From an uncultured delta proteobacterium (GTDB lineage Bacteria; Myxococcota; Myxococcia; Myxococcales; Myxococcaceae): 64,000 nt of DNA. The notes under the pieces were generated by a model. It ran no database searches and was not told the origin of the DNA. It saw nothing but the letters and a program-made list of their open reading frames with translations. A program made the position numbers and the translations under genes. The stretch is taken from positions 32,001 to 96,000 of the forward strand of contig CAVZMH010000013.1 of the NCBI GenBank assembly GCA_963776345.1, in the 5' to 3' direction. Below, one piece after another: positions 19,836 through 30,326 of the stretch (position 1 is its first letter; the number at the start of each line of letters is the position of its first letter).

Positions 19836-20048
19836 ATGGCGCGGTTGAAGCGCCTCGTCCTCGCCCTCCTCGCCTCCGCCGCGCTCTTGGCCTGCACGGC
19901 GCACGAGCGCGAGGTCGTCCGACCGGGCCCGCCGTGCCCCGGTGGCCTCTGGGTCCCGGGGCACTACGGGAGCAACGGGCTCTGGCACCCCGGCAACTGG
20001 CGCTGCACCGGCCTGGCCGAGGAAGACGTCGTGGTCTTCAATCCCTGA
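19836..20048 (+). CDS. Small lipoprotein with YXWGXW-like repeats
   Basis: Lipobox LLAC; GLWVPGHY and GLWHPGNW repeats. Confidence 0.65.
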   Translation: MARLKRLVLALLASAALLACTAHEREVVRPGPPCPGGLWVPGHYGSNGLWHPGNWRCTGLAEEDVVVFNP

Positions 20049-20673
20049 GCGGCACCGCCAGGCCCTCGCGCCGCTCTCCGAGCCACGACCAGCGTTGCCT
20101 CGGTCCGTCGATGAGCCGCTCGCGCGACGTGGGTCGCCCGAAGCGCGCCCGGTCCGCGCGGGTGAAGGGTCGCAGCAGCGCGTCGAGCCCCTGGACCTGG
20201 AAGCCGAGCGCGCTGCGCCAGCGGGAATCGTCGGGCCGGGGCTCTTCGAGCTGGCGCCCGATGCTGTCCACCAGCATCTCCTTGAGGACCAGCGTCTCGG
20301 GCGTCACCTGGCGGAGGCAGATGCCGTACTCGCCGGAGAGGTAGTCTTCCCAGTCCGCTTCCCGGGTGTTGGGCCCGAAGCCGACCATCCTCGCGGCGAG
20401 CTCCGTCCTCCGCGCGAAGTGGTGCGAAAGGGCCTCGATCCCGCCGGCGGAGCGCAACAGCGAGAGCAGCTCTGCGGGGAACATCGGCACGCCGTCGGGC
20501 AGCAGGTATGCGGGGCGTGGCAGCCGCCCGGTCTCGATCCAGTCCTGGAGCCGCCTGAGGTCGACGCCCTCGCGGTGGGCGACCTCCTCGAGAGGGACGT
20601 AGCCGGCGCAGACGTACCGGAGGTCGTCGCCCTGCAGCACGGGGTGCGGACGATGGGGAACGAGTCGCGACAT
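20038..20673 (-). CDS. Hypothetical protein resembling DUF6058
   Basis: GRLPRPAYLL, WEDYLSGEYGICLRQVTPE, LDALLRPF...DR...TSRERLID. Family call is from memory. Confidence 0.6.
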   Translation of the reverse strand: MSRLVPHRPHPVLQGDDLRYVCAGYVPLEEVAHREGVDLRRLQDWIETGRLPRPAYLLPDGVPMFPAELLSLLRSAGGIEALSHHFARRTELAARMVGFGPNTREADWEDYLSGEYGICLRQVTPETLVLKEMLVDSIGRQLEEPRPDDSRWRSALGFQVQGLDALLRPFTRADRARFGRPTSRERLIDGPRQRWSWLGERREGLAVPLRD

Positions 20674-20836
20674 GGCCGGCAACCTAGGTGGGCCGCCGGC
20701 GCCGATGCTTCGGAGCGGACCGAACGATTCCGCCGCCGCCCTGGAGCGTTCCGGAAAAGCGCCGCCACGGCCGACGCGGTCATGCTCGGCTGGCCGGTCT
20801 CGGCCCGAGCCCCGGACGCGTCGAGCGAGAACGCGC

Positions 20837-21556
20837 TCAGCCCAGCGCCGCGGCGACCTCGTCGTGCAGCGCCTTCGCCGCAGCCGCCGGGTCCGCCGCG
20901 CCGTGCAGAGGCCGGCCGACGACCAGCAGGCTCGAGCCCGCGGCGATGGCCGCCGCCGGCGTCTCCACCCGGGCCTGGTCTCCCGTCGACGCGCCCGCCG
21001 GACGGATTCCCGGGGTGCAGAGGAAGAGGCCGGCATGATGCGCGCGCAGCGCGCCCGCCTCCTGCGCGGAGCAGACCAGCCCGCCCGCGCCGGACCTGAC
21101 CGCGACCTCGGCCAGGCGCCCGGCCATCGCCGCGGCGGAAGGACCGAACCCGAGCGACGCCACCTCGGCGTCGCCGAGCGAGGTGAGCGCGGTCACCGCG
21201 AGGATCCGTGGTGGCGAGACGCCCGCCCGCTCCGCACCGCGCGCGGCGCCCCGCACCGCGGCCCGGAGCATCTGCTCGCCACCCGAGCCGTGCACCGTGA
21301 GGTAGGCCGCCCCGAGCGCCCCGGCCGCCGCGGCGGCGTTCTCCACGGTGTTGGGGATGTCGTGCAGCTTGAGATCCAGGAACACCGCCGCGCCCTGCGA
21401 GCGGAAGGCGCGGACCGCCGCCGGGCCGTGCTCGACGAAGAGCGACAGCCCGACCTTCACCACCCCCACCGCGGGGCTGAGCAGCGGCCACAGGCGGAGC
21501 GCGTCGTCGAGCGGCACGTCCGCCGCCCAGGCGATGCGCTCCCGGGCCCTGCTCAC
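20837..21556 (-). CDS. pyrF: Orotidine-5'-phosphate decarboxylase
   Basis: VKVG, FLDLKLHDIPNTV, AVTALTS, GLVCS, TPGIRP, DQARV, VVGRP. Confidence 0.95.
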   Translation of the reverse strand: MSRARERIAWAADVPLDDALRLWPLLSPAVGVVKVGLSLFVEHGPAAVRAFRSQGAAVFLDLKLHDIPNTVENAAAAAGALGAAYLTVHGSGGEQMLRAAVRGAARGAERAGVSPPRILAVTALTSLGDAEVASLGFGPSAAAMAGRLAEVAVRSGAGGLVCSAQEAGALRAHHAGLFLCTPGIRPAGASTGDQARVETPAAAIAAGSSLLVVGRPLHGAADPAAAAKALHDEVAAALG

Positions 21557-22599
21557 TTCGAGGCCAGCTCCCCGTCGATGACCTTCTTGAACTCGTCGAT
21601 GGGCTGGGCGCCGTTGAGGAAGATGCCGTTGATGAAGAAGGCCGGCGTGCCCCCCACCCCGGCCTGGAGGCCGGCCTGCTGGTCGGCGTCGACGGCCTTC
21701 TTCTTGTCGCCGGAGTCCAGGCACTGACCGAACTTCTGCGAGTCGATCCCCACCTCGGTGGCGTGCGCCTTGAGGTCGGTCGGCTCGAGCTTCTTCTGAT
21801 TCTTGAAGAGCACGTCGTGGTACTCCCAGAACTTCCCCTGGTCCGCCGCGCACAGCGACGCCTCGGCGGCCTTCGCCGCGTGGGGGTGGAAGCTCAGCGG
21901 GAACTGCCGGTAGACCAGCCGCACCTTGCCGGCGTAGGTGCTCATCACCTGCTCCACCGTGTCGTGGGCGGCGCCGCAGTACGGGCACTCGAAGTCCGAG
22001 AACTCCACGATGGTGATCGGCGCGTCCTTCGGTCCGCGCGCGGGGCCCTCCGCGGCCACCTGCACCCGCGGCTGGGGCAGGTCGATCTTGAGGTTGGCCT
22101 GCTTCTGGAGCTCCTGGACCACCTTCTGCATCTGGGTCTGCCGCTGCTGGTTCACCAGCGCCTGGGCGATGCGGTCCTTCAGGGACTCGAAGGTCGCGTC
22201 GGGGGGAATCTGCCCGCCGCTCTTCAGCCGCTCGTAGAACTGCCGCTCCTGCGCCTCGGTGGGCGGCTGGACCGGCGCCTCGTCGATGCGCTTGCGGATG
22301 TAGTCCTGGTCGGAGAGGTTGGCCTTCGCCGCCTCGGCCTTGACGATGCGCTCCATCGCCATCTGCTCCAGGACCTGGCGCTTGGTCTGGAACATCTTGT
22401 TCTCCAGCTCGGCGAGCTGCGGCCGGGCCTCCTTCTCCAGCTCACCGGCGGTGACCTTGCCGCCGTTGAAGGTGGCCACCACCCGGTCGGGCGCGGTGGA
22501 GCCGGAGGTGGAGGAGGCCGTGCTGGCCTGCTTGGAGCAGGCGCAGGCCAGCAGGAAGGCGGCGAGCGCCGCGGGGGCGATGGACCGGGAAACGTTCAT
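21553..22599 (-). CDS. DsbA/thioredoxin-domain lipoprotein with an N-terminal SurA-like helical region
   Basis: EFSDFECPYC, FPLSFH, GVGGTPAFFING; lipobox LACAC. Confidence 0.88.
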   Translation of the reverse strand: MNVSRSIAPAALAAFLLACACSKQASTASSTSGSTAPDRVVATFNGGKVTAGELEKEARPQLAELENKMFQTKRQVLEQMAMERIVKAEAAKANLSDQDYIRKRIDEAPVQPPTEAQERQFYERLKSGGQIPPDATFESLKDRIAQALVNQQRQTQMQKVVQELQKQANLKIDLPQPRVQVAAEGPARGPKDAPITIVEFSDFECPYCGAAHDTVEQVMSTYAGKVRLVYRQFPLSFHPHAAKAAEASLCAADQGKFWEYHDVLFKNQKKLEPTDLKAHATEVGIDSQKFGQCLDSGDKKKAVDADQQAGLQAGVGGTPAFFINGIFLNGAQPIDEFKKVIDGELASK

Positions 22600-22710
22600 G
22601 GGGAGGCGCACCTTTCCAGCAATGGACATTGCGGCGCAAGCCCGAGGAGCGTCGTGAACCCGGGAGGGGCCGGGGGTCTTCCCACCGGCCACGAGCGCCC
22701 TGCCCAAGGC

Positions 22711-23643
22711 TCAGATCGACTCGAGCGCCAGCGCGAAGTCCGGCAGCCGGAGGTCCAGCCGCTCGAGCTCGCGCCGCCGCGCACGGACGATCGAATAGGA
22801 CGAGGCGTCCGCCAGGACCCGGCTGACGAGCCGGTGGTGCAGCGCGTGGCCGCTCTTCTTGACCTTGAGGTGCCCGATGACCGGATGCCCGAAGAGGGCC
22901 AGGTCGCCGAGCGCGTCCAGGGTCTTGTGGCGCACGAACTCGTCCGGGAAGCGCAGCCCCTCGGGGTTCAGGATGCTGAACTCGTCGACGACGATCGCGT
23001 TCTCCAGCGAGCCGCCGCGGGCGAGCCCCGCCGACTTGAGCCGCTCCACGTCCTTGAGGAAGCCGAAGGTCCGGGCCCGGGCGAGCTCGCGGCTGAAGGC
23101 GCTCGCGGAGAAGTCGATGGAGAGGGACTGCCCGGGCACCAGCGGGTGGTGGAAGTCGATGGCGCAGTCGATGCGGAGCCGGTCGGAAGGGGCGAGCGAG
23201 GCCTCGCGGTCCCCGTCCCGGAGCACCACCGGCCGCTTGACGACCACGAAGGACTTGGGCTCCTCGAGGATGCGGATGCCCGCGGAGCGAACCAGGTAGA
23301 GGAAGGGGGCGGAGCTCCCGTCGAGGATGGGCACCTCGGGACCGTCCAGCTCGACGCGGAGGTTGTCGATGCCGAGCCCGCTCAGCGCGGCGAGCAGGTG
23401 CTCCACCGTGCTCACCCGCGCCGCGCCGTTGCCCAGGCTGGTGGCCAGGGCGGTGTCCACCACGAAGGGCGCGGTGGCCGGGATGCCGCGGGAGCCGGGC
23501 AGATCCATGCGGTGGAAGACGATGCCGTGGTCCGCCGGCGCCGGCCGCAGGGTGAGGGTGACCTGGGCGCCCGTGTGCAGCCCGACTCCCCGGGTGGCGA
23601 CGGGTTTCTCCAGGGTCCGCTGGTGGAACGATGCGTCGCTCAT
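22711..23643 (-). CDS. lpxC: UDP-3-O-acyl-N-acetylglucosamine deacetylase
   Basis: QRTL, GVGLHTG, STVEHLLAAL, EVPILDGS, ARTFGF, EFVRHKTLDALGDL, SGHALH. Confidence 0.97.
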   Translation of the reverse strand: MSDASFHQRTLEKPVATRGVGLHTGAQVTLTLRPAPADHGIVFHRMDLPGSRGIPATAPFVVDTALATSLGNGAARVSTVEHLLAALSGLGIDNLRVELDGPEVPILDGSSAPFLYLVRSAGIRILEEPKSFVVVKRPVVLRDGDREASLAPSDRLRIDCAIDFHHPLVPGQSLSIDFSASAFSRELARARTFGFLKDVERLKSAGLARGGSLENAIVVDEFSILNPEGLRFPDEFVRHKTLDALGDLALFGHPVIGHLKVKKSGHALHHRLVSRVLADASSYSIVRARRRELERLDLRLPDFALALESI

Positions 23644-23815
23644 GGCTCCCGGGTCACGAACACCGACCTGCGCCTCGAAGTTGTGCACGGCTGGCGACTC
23701 CCCCCCGCATGCCGCAACGTGACAACGCCCGCAATTCTTAATCGACAGGTCGACGGCCGCGCAACTATCCGTCCTGTGAGACTTTTCTGCTGTCCTGCCG
23801 CGGCCAGGTACTTTT

Positions 23816-25243
23816 CTACACTTGCTGGAAGCGCCCCAGCACCGCCTTCGCGTGGGCCTCGTCGAACCGGCGACCGGCCACGTCGGAGCGGCGTCCCACG
23901 GAGACGAAGCAGCTCTCGGCCGCCTCGGCGAAGGCGCGGCATTCCTCGGCGAGCCGGGCGCGGGCCATGGGCCCGGCCGGAATCGCGCCTGCCTCGCGGA
24001 GGATGGCGGCGAACTGGTCGAACACCTGGAGGTCCCCGTACCGGAGCAGCTGGTAGCTGACGTCCTGGAAGTACGAGAGGAATGCGCCCAGCGCGGCGAG
24101 CCCCTGGACCGCCTGCTCGCTGCCGGAGGTGAGGGCCTCGTCGGCCGCGCGGGCGAGCTGGGCGAAGACCCAGAGGTCGTTCCGGAGCCGCTGGGCGAGG
24201 ATGACCGGCGAGACCAGGCGGCCGAAGCTCTCGTCCGCCGGGAGCCGGGCCTCGACCGCGCCGGCGAGACGGACCACCTGCGCCTTGAGCTGCTCGGCGG
24301 CCGCAGACCCGATGTCGAGCACGCGCTGCGGGTCGTCCGCCTCCTGGCGCAGCCGCCGGCCGATCTCCTCCGCCAGCCGAGCGAGATCGCGGGAGACCTT
24401 GAGCGCCGCGCCCTGGTGCCGTCGGAGCGCCACCCTCGGCGCGAGCTCGGTGCGAAGGTAGCCCACGAGGGTGAGCGCCTCGCTGCGCACCAGCCCCAGC
24501 ACCACCCGCGCCCGCCGCTCGACCCCTTTCGGGGTGGCGCGCACGTAGCCGAGGTAGTGCAGGAGCCGGAACAGGCCGAGGAACACCGTGGTGAAGAGCC
24601 GCCGCTCCGGGTCGCCGAGCTTCCGGAGCGCGTCCAGCACCGGCACCGACTTCACCCGGTCGAACTCGAGGCAGAACTCGAGCGGACGGAAGGGGCGGAA
24701 GTACTGGTTGTGGAGGACGGCCCGGAGGACGAGGTTCCCCACCTCGTGGAAGACGCGGAAGCTCACCGTCTCCAGCTTGAGGAGCGAGTCGACCACCGTG
24801 CGGAGCGACTCGAAGCTCTGCCGGAGGAGGAAGAGGCTCTCCGGGGGCGTGTCCTCCTCCAGCTCCTCGTCGAGGAGCGCGCGGCGGGCGCGGTCGTCCA
24901 CCAGCTGGTTCCGCACGTAGCGGCGGAACATCATCCGCTGGTCCTCGCCCGGGTCGAGCAGCCGGCGGGCGAGCTTGATGGCCTGCCCCAGCGCGTCGCG
25001 GACGTCGCGCAGCTCGTCGGAGAAGTCGCGGGTGACGACCGGACGGGCCACCGAGTCGATGGGCAGGTTGTGGAGCTTGAAGTACCGCTCCATGCCCCGG
25101 AGCAGCATCTCGAACTCGAAGAGCCGCTCCTCCCGCCCCTCCACCCGGCAGCTCCGGAGCCAGCGTTCGCGCTCTGCCGAGAGGCCCGGGTGGGGCTGGC
25201 TGTCTCGGACCAGGTCGTGGAAGTAGTCGCGCGCGAGCCGCAC
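23816..25243 (-). CDS. Hypothetical protein, predicted largely alpha-helical and cytoplasmic
   Basis: 475-aa ORF with normal protein composition, co-oriented between ruvB and lpxC; no recognised motif. Confidence 0.75.
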   Translation of the reverse strand: MRLARDYFHDLVRDSQPHPGLSAERERWLRSCRVEGREERLFEFEMLLRGMERYFKLHNLPIDSVARPVVTRDFSDELRDVRDALGQAIKLARRLLDPGEDQRMMFRRYVRNQLVDDRARRALLDEELEEDTPPESLFLLRQSFESLRTVVDSLLKLETVSFRVFHEVGNLVLRAVLHNQYFRPFRPLEFCLEFDRVKSVPVLDALRKLGDPERRLFTTVFLGLFRLLHYLGYVRATPKGVERRARVVLGLVRSEALTLVGYLRTELAPRVALRRHQGAALKVSRDLARLAEEIGRRLRQEADDPQRVLDIGSAAAEQLKAQVVRLAGAVEARLPADESFGRLVSPVILAQRLRNDLWVFAQLARAADEALTSGSEQAVQGLAALGAFLSYFQDVSYQLLRYGDLQVFDQFAAILREAGAIPAGPMARARLAEECRAFAEAAESCFVSVGRRSDVAGRRFDEAHAKAVLGRFQQV

Positions 25244-25305
25244 CTCGCCGCCCGGGCCGATGCGCGGGAGCGGGATGGCAGGCGAGCGGGGGTCGGCCGG
25301 CGCGG

Positions 25306-26322
25306 TCAGAAGAGGGCCCCCTGAGAGTCCGCCGGCGGCGGCTTGTCGAAGTACCTCCAGCAGCGGGCGGTGGCCACCCGGCCCCGGGGCGTCCGGTGGA
25401 GGAACCCCTCCTGCATCAGGAACGGCTCGTAGACGTCCTCCACCGTGTCGCGCTGCTCGCCCACGCTCGCGGCGATGGTGTCCAGGCCCACCGGACCCCC
25501 GCCGAACTTCTCGAGGATGGTGAGGAGGATCTTCCGGTCCATCGGGTCGAGCCCGCTCCGGTCGACCTCCAGCCGCTCCAGGGCCCGCGCGGCGACCTCG
25601 CGCCCCACCCGCCGCACCCCGGCGACCTCGGCGAAGTCGCGGATGCGCCGGAGCAGCCGGTTGGCGATGCGGGGCGTGCCCCGGGAGCGGGTGGCGATCT
25701 CCCGCGCGCCGTCCTCGGCCAGCTGCACGCCGAGGATGCCCGCGCTCCGGGCGAGGATGGTCTCGAGGTCCGCCGGGGCGTAGTAGTCGAGCCGCTCCTG
25801 GATCTGGAACCGGTCGCGCAGCGGCGAGGTGAGGAGGCCGGTGCGCGTGGTCGCCCCCACCAGGGTGAAGGGCGGCAGGTCGATCTTCATCGCCCGGGCC
25901 GCGGGCCCGGAGTCGATGGTGATGTCCAGCCGGAAGTCCTCCATCGCCGGGTAGAGGTACTCCTCGACCGGCGCGGGCAGCCGGTGGATCTCGTCGATGA
26001 AGAGGAAGTCCCGCGGCTGGAGGTTGATGAGCAGCCCGGTCAGGTCTCCCTTCCGCTCCAGCGCGGGCCCGGAGGTGACGTGCAGCCCGACGCCCAGCTC
26101 GGCGGCGAGGATGTGCGCCAGCGAGGTCTTCCCCAGTCCCGGCGGCCCGGAGAAGAGGCAGTGGTCCAGCGCGTCGCCCCGCGCCCGCGCGGCGGCCACG
26201 TAGACCTTGAGCTTCTCCACGACGGTGGATTGCCCCACGTACTGCTCGAAGTTCCGCGGACGGAGCGAGGCCTCCACGCGCTTCTCGTCGGGGCTGGCGA
26301 CTTCGGGAGGCACGCGGGACAT
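25306..26322 (-). CDS. ruvB: Holliday junction branch migration helicase RuvB
   Basis: [51 protein letters not shown]. Confidence 0.97.
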   Translation of the reverse strand: MSRVPPEVASPDEKRVEASLRPRNFEQYVGQSTVVEKLKVYVAAARARGDALDHCLFSGPPGLGKTSLAHILAAELGVGLHVTSGPALERKGDLTGLLINLQPRDFLFIDEIHRLPAPVEEYLYPAMEDFRLDITIDSGPAARAMKIDLPPFTLVGATTRTGLLTSPLRDRFQIQERLDYYAPADLETILARSAGILGVQLAEDGAREIATRSRGTPRIANRLLRRIRDFAEVAGVRRVGREVAARALERLEVDRSGLDPMDRKILLTILEKFGGGPVGLDTIAASVGEQRDTVEDVYEPFLMQEGFLHRTPRGRVATARCWRYFDKPPPADSQGALF

Positions 26323-26358
26323 GGCGGAAACGACCGGACCTCCGGAGGGTACCACCGG

Positions 26359-26961
26359 CTACGGCGCCGTGCTCAGGCTGCGGAGCGCCTCCCGGAGGAG
26401 CGCCTCGAGCTCCGCCGCGCCGAGCTTGTCCAGCGCCGCCTCGGCCGCGGCCTCGGCCTGCGCCGGTCGGTAGCCGAGGTTCGCCAGCGCCGAGACCAGG
26501 TCCGCGCGGGCGCCCCCGGCCCGCGGCCCGTCGGCCGGTGCGGACGCCGCGCGCGGCAGCACCTTCACCTTGTCCTTGAGCTCGAGGACCAGCCGCTCGG
26601 CGGTCTTCTTCCCCACCCCGTGGATGCGGGTCAGCCGCGCCACCTCGCCGCGCTCGAGGGCGACCACCAGCTCGTCCACCTCGAGCCCGGAGAGCACGGT
26701 CATCGCCAGCCGCGGGCCCACGTGGGAGACCGAGGTGAGGAGGGTGAACATCGCCTCCTCCACCGGGGTGAGGAACCCGTACAGCTCGAGGGCGTCCTCG
26801 CGGACCACCGTCCGCACGCGCACCCGCACCGGCTCGCCGGCACGAGGGAGCCGGGCCAGGGTGAGCACCGAGAAAGCCACCCGGTACCCCACGCCGGCGA
26901 CCTCGATGATCGCCTCGTCCGCGGACTTCTCGAGCACGGTGCCGTGCAGGCCGGCGATCAC
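26359..26961 (-). CDS. ruvA: Holliday junction DNA-binding protein RuvA
   Basis: IAGLHG, GVGYRV, VREDALELYGF, VGPRLA, GVGKKTAERLVLELKDK, ALANLGY. Confidence 0.95.
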   Translation of the reverse strand: MIAGLHGTVLEKSADEAIIEVAGVGYRVAFSVLTLARLPRAGEPVRVRVRTVVREDALELYGFLTPVEEAMFTLLTSVSHVGPRLAMTVLSGLEVDELVVALERGEVARLTRIHGVGKKTAERLVLELKDKVKVLPRAASAPADGPRAGGARADLVSALANLGYRPAQAEAAAEAALDKLGAAELEALLREALRSLSTAP

Positions 26962-27548
26962 GCGCCGGACCTGGCCGGCCGGGTCACCGCCGGACGGAGC
27001 CTGGCGCTGAGGTCCGGGGCGGGACGACGGGCGCGCCGGAGGGTGAGGGGCGACCCCGCGCGGTGCAGGTGGCAGACGGCGACGGCCAGAGCGTCGGTCG
27101 CGTCCGCCCGGGGCGTGTCGGTCAACCCGAGGAACGCCGAGACGGCACGGGAGACGGCCTCCTTCGCCCCCGCCCCGCCCACGCCGATGGCGCGCTTCAC
27201 CAGGGCCGGCGCGTACTCGAAGACGGGGAGGCCGGCCCGGGCGGCGACCAGCAGCGCCACCCCGCGGGCCTGGCCGAGGACCAGCGCGCTCCGGGCGTTC
27301 CTGAAGGTGAAGACGCCCTCCACCGCGACCGCGGCTGGCGCGTGGCGGAGCAGCGTCTCGGACAGCCGGGCGAAGAGCTCCACCAGCCGGAGCTCGAGCG
27401 GCGCGGAGCCGTCCAGGCGCAGGATGCCGTGGGCCACGTGCCCCACCCCGCTCCCTCTCGGCTCGACGACGCCCCACCCCACCACCCGGCTTCCGGGGTC
27501 GATGCCGAGGACGCGCGTCGGACCGAGCACGGAACGGATGTGTAGCAC
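26958..27548 (-). CDS. ruvC: Crossover junction endodeoxyribonuclease RuvC
   Basis: VLGIDPGS, AVEGVF, LGQARGV, EYAP, DATDALAVAVCH. The start could be 27530. Confidence 0.95.
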   Translation of the reverse strand: MLHIRSVLGPTRVLGIDPGSRVVGWGVVEPRGSGVGHVAHGILRLDGSAPLELRLVELFARLSETLLRHAPAAVAVEGVFTFRNARSALVLGQARGVALLVAARAGLPVFEYAPALVKRAIGVGGAGAKEAVSRAVSAFLGLTDTPRADATDALAVAVCHLHRAGSPLTLRRARRPAPDLSARLRPAVTRPARSGA

Positions 27549-28297
27549 TACGCCCCCATCTGCTCCAGTTCGGGATCGGGGATGTCGGCGTTGGCCCAGA
27601 CGTTCTGCACGTCGTCGTTGTCCTCGAGCAGTTCGAGGAGCTTCACCACCTTCTTCGCCGCCTCGCCGTCGACCTTCACCGTGTTCTGCGGGAGGTAGAC
27701 CCAGCGCTGCTCGCCGAGGTGCAGGCCCGACTTCTCCAGGGCCCCCGAGATCTGGTGGAGCAGCGCGGGATCGGTTCGCACCTCGAAGCCCTCGGTGCCC
27801 TGGGCCACCACGTCGTCGGCGCCGGCCTCGAGCGCAGCCTCCATCACCGTGTCCTCGCTCGGACCCGGCTTCACCACGATGCTGCCCTTCCTCTGGAAGT
27901 TCCAGGCCACCGCGCCCTCGGCGGCGAGGTTGCCCCCGCCCTTGCTGAAGGTCGCCCGGACGTCGCCGGCGGTGCGGTGGCGGTTGTCGGTCAGGCACTC
28001 GACGAGCACCGCCACCCCGCCCGGGCCGTACCCCTCGTAGGTGACCTCGTCGTAGTGCACGCCCTCGAGCTCGCCGGTCCCCTTCTTCACCGCCCGGGTG
28101 ATGTTGTCCCCGGGCATGTTGGCCTCGCGCGCGGCCAGCATCGCCGATCGGAGCCGGGCGTTGCCCGCCGGATCGCCTCCGCCGAGGCGCGCGGCGACGG
28201 TGATCTCCTTGATGAGCTTGGTGAAGAGCTTCCCCTTGCTCGCGCCCATCGCCTCCTTCTGGCGCTTGATCTTCGTCCAACGGTTGTGACCGGACAT
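27548..28297 (-). CDS. yebC: YebC/PmpR family protein
   Basis: MSGHNRW, NARLR, YEGYGPGG, TDNRHRT, DNDDVQNVWAN. Confidence 0.95.
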   Translation of the reverse strand: MSGHNRWTKIKRQKEAMGASKGKLFTKLIKEITVAARLGGGDPAGNARLRSAMLAAREANMPGDNITRAVKKGTGELEGVHYDEVTYEGYGPGGVAVLVECLTDNRHRTAGDVRATFSKGGGNLAAEGAVAWNFQRKGSIVVKPGPSEDTVMEAALEAGADDVVAQGTEGFEVRTDPALLHQISGALEKSGLHLGEQRWVYLPQNTVKVDGEAAKKVVKLLELLEDNDDVQNVWANADIPDPELEQMGA

Positions 28298-28307
28298 GGC
28301 CCTCGCC

Positions 28308-30192
28308 CTAGGGAATGGACGAGAGCAGCGCCCGCGCCTCGTCCGCCCGGGGGCCCGAGGGCTCCAGGGACAGCACCCGCTCGAGCGCCGACCGGGCCTG
28401 CTGCGCCCGCCCACCCCGGAGTTGGATCCGGGCGAGGAGCAGGTGGGCCCGGGCGTCCGACGGGTCGATGGCTGCCGCTCTCATCGCGGCCTCTTCTGCC
28501 CCGGCGTCGTCTCGGGCGTCAATGCGCTCCGTCGCCCGGGCCACCAGCCGGTCCACCTCGTTCTCCACCACGGGCCCCGCCGGAGCGGCGTGGACTCCGG
28601 CAGGAGGCCGGGGCGGCGCGGCGGTCCGCACCCAGAGGGTGGTCGCGAGGAAGGCTGCGATCACCACCCCGAGTCCGGCGAGCCGGCAACAGCCGCCGCC
28701 AGCGCCGGAGGGTGGCGGCGGAGTGGGCGAGCGCCACCTGGCGGGCAGCGACGGCGAGCGGCGACTCCTCGCCCGCCTCGAGCGCCACCGGCACGCTCGG
28801 CGGCGTGGGCGGCCGGTGCAGGGGGGGCGGAGCCGAGGCCGCTGCCGTGGTGCGCGGCGCGGCAGCGACGGCCGCCGGAGTCTCCAACCGCGGCGAGGAC
28901 GGGGGGAGCGGCTCGAGGCCGAGGGGGACCGCGCGCATCGCCCGCTCGATCTCCCCGACCCCCGACGGGCTCCCCCATCCGGTGACGCCGGGGAGCTCGG
29001 GCGCCGCAGGGCCAGTGAGCGTCGGCTCGCTGCCGGGTGCCGCGGCCCCGGGCGGCACCACCACGGCCTGGGCCACGGTCGGCGCGAGCGCGGGGCTCGG
29101 CATGGGCGTCTGCCCGGTGGACCACGGCACCGCCGGCGTCGCGCCCGGGGTGGAGGTCCGGGGCACCGGGTCGTCCCAGCCGGTGCGGACCCGATGGGGC
29201 ATCGGCTCGAGGCCGCGCGCACGCGCCACCCGCGCCGGGAGCAGCGCGCCCGAGGCGTACAGGCGATTGGTGACCTGCAGCACCAGCGACTCCGGTAGCG
29301 AGGACTCCAGCACCACCGCCCGCACCGTCCGCTCGCCGTCGAAGAGGCGGACCACCGGCTCGACCTCCTCGGGAAGCTGGGCGATCTGCGCCAGGAGCGC
29401 GCGGAGGTCGGGGCAGAGGACGGCCTCGAGCGGCACGCTCACCCGGACGAGCGATCGCCAGGCGGCGAGGGCGTCCGCCCACGGGCCGCACAGAGCACGG
29501 AGGTCGACCGACAGCTCGCCGCGCGTCCGCACCGGGCCGAGGTGGACCGCGTACGCACCCTCGCCCAGGAAGAGCATCCGCCGGAGCGCGCGCTCCCCCT
29601 GGATGGAGCGCACCTGGGCCGAGACCACCTCGCCCCCGCGGAAGAGCAGCTCGGCGCTGGTGCCGAGCACCAGCCGACCGCTCCGGGTCCCGGCCAGGAG
29701 CGCCCGCAGCGCCGCGGCGACGGGGACCTCGCGGGTGGAGGCGACCAGCGTCGGGCTGGCCGGGGCCCGCGAGGACTCGAGCCGCGCCAGCGTCACCAGA
29801 TCTCCGACGAACAGCGGCTTGGCGAGCACGTCGTGCGCGCCGGCCGAGAGCGCCTGCGCGGTGGCCGACTCCGACCGCTGCGTGGTGAGCAGCAACACCG
29901 GCACCTCGGCCAGGGCCGAGCGCCGGAGGCGGGCGCAGAAAGTGACTCCGTCGAGGCCGGGCAGCCGCGTCTCGCTCACCACCAGCGCGGGCGTGGGTCC
30001 CTGGGCCAGCACGCGCTCGGCCTCCTCGGCGGTCCGGACAGAGGTGACCTGGAAGCCTCCGCGCACCAGGCCGAACTGCATCAGGCCCCGGGTGGAGGCC
30101 TGCGGCTCGACGACCAGCACCCGGCGCGCATCCGGGGGGGACCCGCGGCCCACCTGGACCGGGGTGATTGTCCTCTCTTGCGAGACCGGCAT
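28308..30192 (-). CDS. Receiver-like domain + DUF4388-like domain + Pro-rich linker + TM helix + TPR; +1 frameshift near 28685
   Basis: RVLVVEP...LVVSE...LAKP (REC-like); RSGRLVL...LLFRGGEVVSA; the second frame gives GLGVVIAAFLATTLWV and a TPR-like AHLLLARIQL...ALERVLSLEP. Confidence 0.7.
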
Positions 30193-30326
30193 CCGCGATG
30201 GACTCCCCGCCTCAGGGACGCGGGCGCCGCGTGGCGCCGCTTGTCCCCCAAAGTGGGAGTCTATGCGCCCGCCTCCGCCCTCGGGAAGCGAGCGACAGGG
30301 CTGTTGGACCGGGGGGGCGAGGAGGC

